Source: a virus
Taxonomy: Duplodnaviria > Heunggongvirae > Uroviricota > Caudoviricetes
Direction: 5' to 3' (one strand)
DNA length: 23,636 nucleotides
Virus record (IMG/VR): IMGVR_UViG_2897328257_000001
The translations under genes and the position numbers were made by a program. Positions 1 through 5,930 of this stretch are shown one piece after another. The notes beneath the pieces were generated by a model. The model did no database searches and had not been told where the DNA came from. It saw only the letters and a list, made by a program, of their open reading frames with translations. Numbering within the stretch: the first letter of the stretch is position 1; the number at the start of each line of letters is the position of its first letter.

Positions 1-1164
1 TTACGCCTTCTTTATATCCTCCATAATTCCACAGTGGGACATATTTGGGACATTATCACCAAAAATGTCGTCTATTTTCCTTGCATGCTCTGTCAAATGA
101 TTAGGCGCAAGGTGAGCATACCTACGAACCATTTCTATGGACTCCCATCCGCCCATTTCCTGAAGCACAGATAATGGGACGCCTGACTGGATCAGCCAGC
201 TTGCCCAGGTGTGTCTGAGGTCATGGAAACGGAAATCTTCAATTCCTGCACGACGACAAGCTGATAGCCATGATGTCTTGCTGTCGATGCGCATCTTCCT
301 GACCGCAGGCGTTGATGTTCCATCTGCTCGCTTAGCCGCCTTGGTATGTACAAACACCCATTTGTGATGCTTGCCTATTTGATCACGCAACACTTTACAG
401 GCGGTATCGTTCAGCGCCACACCAATGGCGCGGTTTGATTTGCTCTCTTCTGGATTCACCCAGGCAACTCGTCGCTGCATGTCGATTTGTTGCCATTCCA
501 GATTTATGATGTTCGACTTTCTCAGACCAGTTGCCAGCGCAAACTTGACGACAGATTTCAGTGGTTCGGGGCACTCATCAATAAGGCGTTTTGCTTCCTC
601 CTTTTCCAGCCATCTGACTCGCTTGTTTCTGACCGCTGGTATCTTGATGACAGGCGCTTTTTCCAGCCACTTCCAGTCGCGTTCTGCAGCACGGAGAATG
701 GCCTTTATCATGGCAAGATGCTTTGCCTTTGTCTGAGTTGATACTGGCTTTGGTTCATAAACAGGCGGTTCTTTACCTTTCCTGATGGCGGCCTGAACTT
801 TCTGTTTCCATATTTCTTTCGTCTTTCTGTTATGCATTCTGCTTACAGCAGAGTAAATCTTTGCCTCCGAGATATCTTTAAGCCTTATACCCTCAAAATG
901 TTCAAGCCAGAACTCAATCCGGCTTTTATCTGAATCGAGAGATTTTTTATCAGCTTTTTCCTCAAGCCATCTTAGGCAGGCCTCTTCAAAAGTGACATCA
1001 GGTAAATCCCCTAGCTTTTCTACTCGCCAGAGTTCTGCTTTTCGCTTGTCGTGCAACTCCTGAGCTTGCCGCTTGTCCTTTGTGCCAAGAGATTCCTTAA
1101 TTCGTTTCCCGCCCGGGAGCGAATACGAGGCATACCATATTTCATTTCTGCGGAAGAGTGACAT
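1..1164 (-). CDS. int: Phage tyrosine integrase (site-specific recombinase), complete; stop codon at 1-3
   Basis: 387-aa ORF; C-terminal catalytic region with the conserved HDLRHTW...VRRYAHL tyrosine-recombinase motifs; N-terminus recognised from memory as very similar to Rac-type IntR; located at prophage edge next to an excisionase-like gene. Confidence 0.93.
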   Translation of the reverse strand: MSLFRRNEIWYASYSLPGGKRIKESLGTKDKRQAQELHDKRKAELWRVEKLGDLPDVTFEEACLRWLEEKADKKSLDSDKSRIEFWLEHFEGIRLKDISEAKIYSAVSRMHNRKTKEIWKQKVQAAIRKGKEPPVYEPKPVSTQTKAKHLAMIKAILRAAERDWKWLEKAPVIKIPAVRNKRVRWLEKEEAKRLIDECPEPLKSVVKFALATGLRKSNIINLEWQQIDMQRRVAWVNPEESKSNRAIGVALNDTACKVLRDQIGKHHKWVFVHTKAAKRADGTSTPAVRKMRIDSKTSWLSACRRAGIEDFRFHDLRHTWASWLIQSGVPLSVLQEMGGWESIEMVRRYAHLAPNHLTEHARKIDDIFGDNVPNMSHCGIMEDIKKA

Positions 1165-1391
1165 TTTCTTTCCTCTGTTATGCCATCACCCGCGCTCACC
1201 TGGACAGTATGCAGCGGAGACTGAAGCGCCGCAATGCAAGCTTGCCGTGTTGTGAGGTAAGGAGATTTTGGCTTGGTTGGATCTTTACGTGTTGCCTGTA
1301 GGCGGCCTGTGCGTATCCAGTTAATGGCAGTCGGTCTGGATATTTTGAGAAAATGACAGGCCTCATCGAGTGTGAGGCTGTATGGCTCCAT
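1020..1391 (-). CDS. Excisionase-like (Xis/AlpA-type small DNA-binding protein); start taken as ATG at 1391 ([11 protein letters not shown]...), frame stays open to 1020
   Basis: Position immediately upstream of int; N-terminal segment [26 protein letters not shown] resembles a winged-helix excisionase; ATG overlaps stop of upstream gene (TAATG); C-terminal 48 codons overlap the int 5' end in another frame, so the true end is uncertain. Confidence 0.55.
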   Translation of the reverse strand: MEPYSLTLDEACHFLKISRPTAINWIRTGRLQATRKDPTKPKSPYLTTRQACIAALQSPLHTVQVSAGDGITEERKCHSSAEMKYGMPRIRSRAGNELRNLLAQRTSGKLRSCTTSEKQNSGE

Positions 1392-1696
1392 TATTTCACC
1401 TCTTGCTGTGACATTGTTGAAAAATGGATACCAGCTCGTTGCTGCCAGACGATCCAACCGAGAGTCATATCCCATGCCATGTATTCGTTATCGCCGTTTT
1501 TTGCTCTCCGACGATCTACTAAGTCACCGAAACGCTTTTCCATGAATAATTCATAGGCTTCGCGTTCATCTGGCTCTACTTCCAGAGATACGAGTGCGAT
1601 TTCATAAGCACGGCGCTCAATATCGTCTCGAACCTCTAGGCTGCTGATTCGTTCTTTGATTTCTTTAATCAGTTCTTTATTGGTAAATGTGGTCAT
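1391..1696 (-). CDS. Hypothetical early protein, 101 aa (YfdT-like by size and position)
   Basis: ORF in operon with TAATG-type stop/start overlaps at both ends; acidic helical protein; size and position match yfdT of the CPS-53 yfdPQRST cluster (recollection, not searched). Confidence 0.6.
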   Translation of the reverse strand: MTTFTNKELIKEIKERISSLEVRDDIERRAYEIALVSLEVEPDEREAYELFMEKRFGDLVDRRRAKNGDNEYMAWDMTLGWIVWQQRAGIHFSTMSQQEVK

Positions 1697-2058
1697 TATG
1701 CTCCAGCCTCCGGTGCTTTTGGCATTACTGCCCAGTGAGTGATATTGACGTTTTCAAGGTCCCCGACCTGAAATGTCCACTGCCATTCTCCGGTTTCTTT
1801 TTGTCCCCAGGTGTACCAGAGAGAACGCCAGCCAATCAGCCAGCCTTCTCCATTAGCATCAAATAACAGAACACTTTCATTTGCTGGTGGCAGTTCAGCT
1901 GACACTGGTATTATTTTGTTTTCCAGTGCCGCACATTTAGCTTCAAGCGCGTCGAATTTACGTAACAGGTACTCAGCATTTGTTTCGTTCACTTTCAGAT
2001 CTCGCGGTACACATTTCCCGCGAAGAAACCCTTCCATTTCGAAAACATTCATGCGCAT
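1696..2058 (-). CDS. Hypothetical early protein, 120 aa (YfdS-like by size and position; Trp-rich C-terminal half); alternative start at 2052
   Basis: ORF translationally coupled to neighbours (start overlaps stop of HD gene; stop overlaps start of next gene). Confidence 0.6.
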   Translation of the reverse strand: MRMNVFEMEGFLRGKCVPRDLKVNETNAEYLLRKFDALEAKCAALENKIIPVSAELPPANESVLLFDANGEGWLIGWRSLWYTWGQKETGEWQWTFQVGDLENVNITHWAVMPKAPEAGA

Positions 2059-2585
2059 TTGCGTAACTCCGATAAATCGTTAAAACGTTCCATAAACATC
2101 CCGTAGGCATGACCCGGTGCCAGTGGAATCACGTTGAACATCTCTGTTGCCGGGATGCCTTCCAGTACAGGCCAGAAAGAGCCATCATCAAGCCCGAGAT
2201 CGCGGCGTTCGGTTGCCAGCATGATGAGATCGGCATATTTCACGGGTGTACTCATAACTGGGGGTAACCCGTATTTCTCACGGATTACGGCGTCTATTTT
2301 TTCTTCCATCCGTTTATAGTCAGGAAGAAGGCGTTTCAGTGGTGCGGGAATGTCCTGGCAATACGCTTCTGTTGCATCATGCATTAACGCTTCAAAAGCA
2401 AATTCCTGCGGCACCAGCTGGCTGCAAAGAACCGCATGTTGGGCGACGCTGTAGAAGTGCGAAAGATGACCGGCAAAGCGACAGATATTTGAAAGGGAAA
2501 CCGCGATATCGTTAATATCGATGTCGTCTTTATTTATCTTGTCATAATAAAAATGCTTCCCGGAAAAAGTTTTAATAAATGACAT
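2049..2585 (-). CDS. yfdR: HD-domain phosphohydrolase (YfdR-like), 178 aa
   Basis: HD motif region (LSHFYSVAQHAV ... ALMHDATEAY ... DLIMLATERRDLG) typical of YfbR/YfdR-type HD hydrolases; ATG at 2585 preceded by GGAG 6 nt upstream (the ORF-track start at 2612 is a GTG without SD). Confidence 0.8.
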   Translation of the reverse strand: MSFIKTFSGKHFYYDKINKDDIDINDIAVSLSNICRFAGHLSHFYSVAQHAVLCSQLVPQEFAFEALMHDATEAYCQDIPAPLKRLLPDYKRMEEKIDAVIREKYGLPPVMSTPVKYADLIMLATERRDLGLDDGSFWPVLEGIPATEMFNVIPLAPGHAYGMFMERFNDLSELRKCA

Positions 2586-2678
2586 TTTGTTCTCCACGTA
2601 TATGCACTGCACCGCGCTGAATTCTGGTAAAAGGAAGCCCTCACCATCCGGTGATTATTGAGTTAATTACGTTTCCAT

Positions 2679-2700
2679 AAATGCCCCCGCAGGGGCATTT
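2679..2700 (-). other. Perfect 9-bp inverted repeat hairpin (AAATGCCCC-cgca-GGGGCATTT) in the yfdQ-like/yfdR-like intergenic region
   Basis: Seen directly in sequence; no long U-tract follows on either strand, so more likely an mRNA processing or stability element or weak attenuator than a strong terminator. Confidence 0.4.
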
Positions 2701-2712
2701 GCAGTAATGAAA

Positions 2713-3537
2713 TCAGGCGGTGAAAGTACCAATAAAGGTTTCTACTTTGCTGTCTTTGAATTTCTCAACAAGCAGATCACGAAATTCGTTAGCCATTTCT
2801 TCCTGCACCGCTTCCAGCTGAATAATGCGCAGAACCAGTACAGGACGATCGCCAGTGATAATGCTGAGGCGTAATTTAAACGGACGTTCTTTCAGACCTT
2901 CAAACGGAACGCATTTAAATTCAAATGCCACTGGCATAATGTCTTTGGTCTTCGCTTCGACAGACTCCATCAGGGAGCGTTTGCCGCTGAAGTCATTATC
3001 TTCAAAATCAGCGGTCTGGTTTGCTTCAATCGTGATTTTACGGACTGCCGCAGCCGCTTTTGTTGCTTGAATGGCGTCACCATTAGCATCAAAGCCCACA
3101 AGGTAGTCGGCCCAGTCTTCGATCCATTCTGCCAGTGACTTCTGGGAGTTACGCTCGCCGTTAACAGACAACAGAGCAGAGAACGGTGCTGTCTTTTTCA
3201 GTTTGAGAGTGGCAGTGTTATCTGCGTGACCTGGCTCATCAATAGTACCCAGGTTAAGCACACTGACGGCACGCATATTATCGGCATCGATAAAGCAGCG
3301 GGTGCCTTCATCTGCAAGATCTTTAGAATAACGGGTAAAATCATCGATGCTGGCAGTGGAAAGTGCACCACGGAAACGGAAGCGATTTAAATTAAATTTT
3401 TCCAGATCATGAATGCGGAAATTCTCAGGCAATGCCACAGCATCGGCATCAATCTTACTGATAATTTCATTAACACCCTGAGCAGAAATAAGGGCATGGA
3501 TTTGATTAATTGCGGTTGCGTCTAAGTTCTGAGACAT
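2713..3537 (-). CDS. yfdQ: YfdQ-like protein (DUF2303 family), 274 aa
   Basis: 274-aa ORF with ATG at 3537 preceded by GAGGA; size and sequence character match YfdQ-family prophage proteins (recollection); lies between the YfdP-like and HD-domain genes as in CPS-53. Confidence 0.7.
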   Translation of the reverse strand: MSQNLDATAINQIHALISAQGVNEIISKIDADAVALPENFRIHDLEKFNLNRFRFRGALSTASIDDFTRYSKDLADEGTRCFIDADNMRAVSVLNLGTIDEPGHADNTATLKLKKTAPFSALLSVNGERNSQKSLAEWIEDWADYLVGFDANGDAIQATKAAAAVRKITIEANQTADFEDNDFSGKRSLMESVEAKTKDIMPVAFEFKCVPFEGLKERPFKLRLSIITGDRPVLVLRIIQLEAVQEEMANEFRDLLVEKFKDSKVETFIGTFTA

Positions 3538-3602
3538 AATAAGTCCTCACTATATAAAGATATTCAGTGATGAGATAAATAATCAGTTTATTACGAACGA
3601 TA

Positions 3603-3965
3603 TTAACGACCTGCTGCGCGGAGTTTTCCGTCAGGTTCACCGGCAAGAGTCAGTAATTGTCCCTGGTCTTCCTGCAGAATAGTCAGGCGACCACCGCGAT
3701 TGACATACATCGGCGTTTCGGTGGTGTCTTCTTCGGAAATTTTCCCGCGGTTAGTTGGGCGAACATATGAGAGTTTGTGTTTGATTTTCACACGGTTCTC
3801 ATCAAACGGTTCGATTTCCAGATTGAGTGAGACCTTCCCTTTGGTTTTCGTGTTCATCACACCGGAAGCGACCTCACTGAGAACTGCGCCGATTTTGGTT
3901 TCAAATACGCCGCCGTCCAGCTCCCCGATAAATGCCTGCACATCAGTACTGCGTTCGCTAGCCAT
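3603..3965 (-). CDS. Hypothetical early protein, 120 aa (YfdP-like); start at ATG 3965 (MASERSTDVQ...)
   Basis: AGGAG 7 nt upstream of ATG at 3965; the longer ORF-track N-terminal extension is Cys/Arg/Pro-rich and runs into the GC-rich non-coding region, so is unlikely to be translated. Confidence 0.65.
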   Translation of the reverse strand: MASERSTDVQAFIGELDGGVFETKIGAVLSEVASGVMNTKTKGKVSLNLEIEPFDENRVKIKHKLSYVRPTNRGKISEEDTTETPMYVNRGGRLTILQEDQGQLLTLAGEPDGKLRAAGR

Positions 3966-4014
3966 TTTGCTGCTCCTCATCATATCGACCCTGCAAGGTC
4001 GGTTGGTTTCTCCA

Positions 4015-4101
4015 CAAAACAGAGAAGAACACCTGCGGTGGCAGCCGCCCGGATGGATTGGGTTATGAGCCCGTCGTCCGGTGATGCTCTTCTCTGTTTT
4101 G
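4015..4101. other. Long-range perfect 14-bp inverted repeat (CAAAACAGAGAAGA at 4015-4028 / TCTTCTCTGTTTTG at 4088-4101) enclosing a 59-nt GC-rich segment with nested small hairpins; candidate structured RNA element
   Basis: Seen directly; a 14-bp perfect IR with a 59-nt spacer is very unlikely by chance in 23 kb. Confidence 0.5.
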
Positions 4102-4111
4102 CAAAAAAGGA

Positions 4112-4220
4112 CGGTACCAGCCGGAAGCAAGGGTACAAACTGGTACCGCCAGGACTACACACAGCATAAACTTGTGGTGCCGGGTGCCTCCCGGTGCCTG
4201 GCGAAGGTTGCACACCAGGC
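4112..4220 (+). ncRNA. Candidate structured non-coding RNA region: tandem GC-rich hairpins (CGGTACCAG 4112-4120 / CTGGTACCG 4140-4148; CCGGG-tgcct-CCCGG 4180-4194; GCCTGG 4196-4201 / CCAGGC 4215-4220)
   Basis: Several perfect stems within about 110 nt in a region with no credible ORF; flanking G-T pairs extend the 4180-4194 stem only on the plus strand (G-U in RNA), weakly favouring plus-strand function; no family assignment possible without searches. Confidence 0.35.
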
Positions 4221-4376
4221 GGGTGGGTATCCACAGAAGGTCGACTGTCAGCCTCAACCTTAACCCGCGTGCGCTGAGCCGCATTCACCACAACGCTAAG
4301 GATTCTCTCTGGTTGAAAATACTTAGCTGTTATGTGCCTGCTTTTAGCCACATCAGGCGAGGTGGACCTGGTTATT

Positions 4377-4421
4377 CCCCAACAACAAGGATTCGGTTAA
4401 TCTGGATATCCCCAACAACAA
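4377..4421 (+). repeat. Direct repeat of 12-mer CCCCAACAACAA (4377-4388 and 4410-4421), each preceded by GGTTA, in the leader of the plus-strand ORF
   Basis: Seen directly; CA-rich repeats immediately upstream of the putative start codon. Confidence 0.5.
4399..4417. repeat. Left copy of about 19-bp imperfect inverted repeat (AATCTGGATATCC-c-CAACA) flanking the 4436-4951 ORF
   Basis: 13-bp perfect core AATCTGGATATCC at 4399-4411 is the reverse complement of 4967-4979; flanks also match in inverted orientation (18 of 19). Confidence 0.6.
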
Positions 4422-4435
4422 TAAGAGTATTCAAT

Positions 4436-4951
4436 GTGATCGCTGAATTAACGGCAGCAATGACGGCTATTCGTGAAACAGCCCAGATTGCAAAACTAAT
4501 GAACGAGGCAAAAACTCAAGCTGAAGTAAATGCGGCTATTGGTGAGCTGAACTCAAAGCTTGCGTCTATTCAGCGCGAATGCGTGTCTCTCGTTGAACTG
4601 GTGGGCTCTTATCAAGAAATAAATGCTTCTCTCAAAGCTAAAATTGCAGAATTCGAAAACTTTGAGGCTCAGACGGAAGGCTATATCCTTAACCAACTTG
4701 AGTCGGGTACTTTTGTATACTCGAAGGAGGTAATCGTGAACGGTGGCAGCATAACCATGCATCTTTGCCCAAAATGTTTTGGACAAAAGATAGTATCGAT
4801 ACTTCAACCATTCCCGGTTAGCGAAGATGAGCTTTTTCATAAAAGCAGGTGCCTCCACTGTGAAAATAAGTTTCTGATGAATAAAAATCCGGATTACGTA
4901 TCGCCTCCATCCATTGAGGAGTTGTCCAGAAAACTTAACGGCAATCTGTAG
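4436..4951 (+). CDS. Hypothetical protein, about 171 aa: N-terminal coiled-coil-like helical region plus C-terminal CxxC...CxxC zinc-ribbon-like motif (CPKC ... CLHC); candidate moron, function unknown
   Basis: Longest ORF in an AT-rich segment; putative GTG start at 4436 with AAGAG 8 nt upstream (alternative ATG at 4460); intrinsic terminator 40 nt after stop; oriented opposite to the PL operon; flanked by inverted repeats. Confidence 0.6.
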   Translation: MIAELTAAMTAIRETAQIAKLMNEAKTQAEVNAAIGELNSKLASIQRECVSLVELVGSYQEINASLKAKIAEFENFEAQTEGYILNQLESGTFVYSKEVIVNGGSITMHLCPKCFGQKIVSILQPFPVSEDELFHKSRCLHCENKFLMNKNPDYVSPPSIEELSRKLNGNL

Positions 4952-4960
4952 ATTACTACT

Positions 4961-4979
4961 GTTGTGGATATCCAGATTG
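4961..4979. repeat. Right copy of the about 19-bp inverted repeat (core GGATATCCAGATT at 4967-4979)
   Basis: Reverse complement of 4399-4411 core; contains 10-bp palindrome TGGATATCCA. Confidence 0.6.
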
Positions 4980-4988
4980 TTAAAGAGC
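4976..4988 (-). promoter_or_regulatory. rrn-type boxA-like element on the PL transcript (minus-strand GCTCTTTAACAAT); candidate nutL-type NusB/NusE site
   Basis: 13 of 13 match to the core of the E. coli rrn boxA (TGCTCTTTAACAATTTATCA, from memory), about 105 nt downstream of the predicted PL start, where nutL sits in lambdoid phages. Confidence 0.45.
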
Positions 4989-4990
4989 TA

Positions 4991-5014
4991 AGCGTCCTGT
5001 AGGGCGCTTTTTTG
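4991..5014 (+). terminator. Rho-independent terminator for the plus-strand ORF (AGCGTCC-tgta-GGGCGCT followed by TTTTTT)
   Basis: 7-bp stem (one G-U) plus six T; the stem is weaker on the minus-strand RNA (A-C mismatch) and no U-tract follows in that direction, so it is unidirectional. Confidence 0.7.
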
Positions 5015-5081
5015 TTGCTAACGAATCATCCTGGACTTCATATGCCCCAGGCGGCTACTTCGTGGGCGTCCTGCCTGTTTG

Positions 5082-5120
5082 TTGTTTCTCTTGGGTACAT
5101 TATGTATCTCATAGGTACAT
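5082..5120. promoter_or_regulatory. OL-like operator region: 19-mer ATGTATCTCATAGGTACAT (5102-5120) plus degenerate copy TTGTTTCTCTTGGGTACAT (5082-5100)
   Basis: Shares the GTAC-containing symmetric 19-mer pattern with the OR sites (TTGTACC-N5-GGTACAA; ATGTAC-N7-GTACAT); overlaps the PL -10 and spacer. Confidence 0.5.
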
Positions 5121-5126
5121 TGTCAA
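5099..5126 (-). promoter_or_regulatory. PL-like early leftward promoter: -35 TTGACA (5126-5121), 16-bp spacer, -10 CATAAT (5104-5099)
   Basis: Near-consensus sigma70 hexamers on the minus strand, immediately downstream of the repressor-gene terminator and overlapped by operator-like 19-mers. Confidence 0.65.
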
Positions 5127-5130
5127 GTAT

Positions 5131-5153
5131 AAAAAAACCTGCCGAAGCAGGTT
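5131..5153 (-). terminator. Rho-independent terminator of the repressor transcript (minus-strand RNA AACCUGC-UUCG-GCAGGUU + UUUUUUU)
   Basis: Perfect 7-bp stem, UUCG tetraloop, 7-U tract, 13 nt after the cI-like stop codon. Confidence 0.85.
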
Positions 5154-5165
5154 CATAAACATTGA

Positions 5166-5840
5166 TTAGGCTTTGATTTTGTATCTTCTTGGTTTTCCTG
5201 AGAAAATCACAGTTCCAATTATAGAGCAATTACCGTTGATCTTAATGTAAGGCTCAGGCCAGTTTGGGTTTAACGCTTTGAGATAACGCTGTGTCCCATC
5301 TTCTATCAACCTTTTGAAGGTGGTTTCACCTGTATCGTGCATCAATGCAATAACGTCGTCACCGTGGCAGGCAGGTACTTCAGGATCGACAAAAATCATG
5401 TCTCCCGGGCGGTACTCATCAATCATTGAATCACCTATCACCCGCAAGATATAAGTCATTTCCCCACAGGGTACAGGGCAGGGATACGTTTCTGCTGTGC
5501 TCAAATCAACCTCAGAATATCCAACTTCTTTCCATGCTCCGGCCTGTACCCATGATATGACAGGGACTAATGTGATTTGTTTATTAGTGATTGAAACATC
5601 AGGTTTTTTTGTGATGTTCGTTGTCTGGTGTTCTTGATCGAGCCATCCGACAGGCAGGTCGAAACATTTTTCGATGTGTCGTGCCATGCTGTCACCGATA
5701 TTTTTAGTAGCACCATCTCCCATAAACCTGCTGGTCTGGGTTGGCTCGCGATCAATCATAGTGGCAAAGGAAGAATTCCCTCCAACACCATCTCTCAGTT
5801 TTCTGGCGTTAGACCGCCGGATGTCATGGATTGTTTTCAT
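5166..5840 (-). CDS. CI-like prophage repressor with C-terminal LexA/S24 peptidase (autocleavage) domain, 224 aa
   Basis: C-terminal VIGDSM ... GDMIFVD ... TFKRL (Ser/Lys dyad) typical of S24 repressors; divergent from a cro-like gene across an operator region; no SD before the ATG (possible leaderless PRM transcript as in lambda). Confidence 0.85.
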   Translation of the reverse strand: MKTIHDIRRSNARKLRDGVGGNSSFATMIDREPTQTSRFMGDGATKNIGDSMARHIEKCFDLPVGWLDQEHQTTNITKKPDVSITNKQITLVPVISWVQAGAWKEVGYSEVDLSTAETYPCPVPCGEMTYILRVIGDSMIDEYRPGDMIFVDPEVPACHGDDVIALMHDTGETTFKRLIEDGTQRYLKALNPNWPEPYIKINGNCSIIGTVIFSGKPRRYKIKA

Positions 5841-5856
5841 AACGAAATTAAAACCC

Positions 5857-5925
5857 TTGTACCGTTAAGGTACAAGTATCTTGAAGGTTCATTTCAATCA
5901 TGTAATATGTACACCGGAGGTACAT
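5857..5925. promoter_or_regulatory. OR-like operator/promoter region: operator 19-mers TTGTACCGTTAAGGTACAA (5857-5875) and ATGTACACCGGAGGTACAT (5907-5925); PR candidate -35 TTGAAG (5881-5886), 16-bp spacer, -10 TAATAT (5903-5908); PRM candidate on minus strand with -10 TTTAAT ending 6 nt before the cI ATG
   Basis: Perfect and near-perfect palindromic 19-mers sharing GTAC half-sites, positioned between divergent repressor and cro-like genes; GGAGG SD 10 nt before the cro-like ATG. Confidence 0.6.
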
Positions 5926-5930
5926 ATTGT

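Noticed and set aside
425-741. Plus-strand ORFs of 103 and 84 aa within the integrase gene
   Set aside because: Antisense to the integrase; no independent support.
3980-4351. ORFs of 123, 73 and 60 aa (3980-4351 minus, 4063-4284 minus, 4081-4263 plus) inside the GC-rich structured segment
   Set aside because: Pro/Arg/Gly/Cys-rich, mutually overlapping, no RBS and coincident with hairpin-dense sequence; most likely non-coding.
3966-4435. Retron msr/msd or type III toxin-antitoxin RNA interpretation of the structured segment and repeats
   Set aside because: No reverse transcriptase gene nearby; only two short direct repeats rather than a tandem array of about 35-nt units; the downstream protein has CxxC motifs and a helical N-terminus, unlike ToxN/AbiQ-type toxins.
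4553-4858. 101-aa minus-strand ORF in the position where a lambda-like N gene would lie downstream of PL
   Set aside because: It lies entirely antisense to the longer plus-strand ORF; its Phe/Tyr/Lys-rich composition is what antisense translation of Glu/Lys/Ala-rich coiled-coil codons gives; no arginine-rich N-terminal motif. Kept only as a caveat on the strand assignment of the moron gene.
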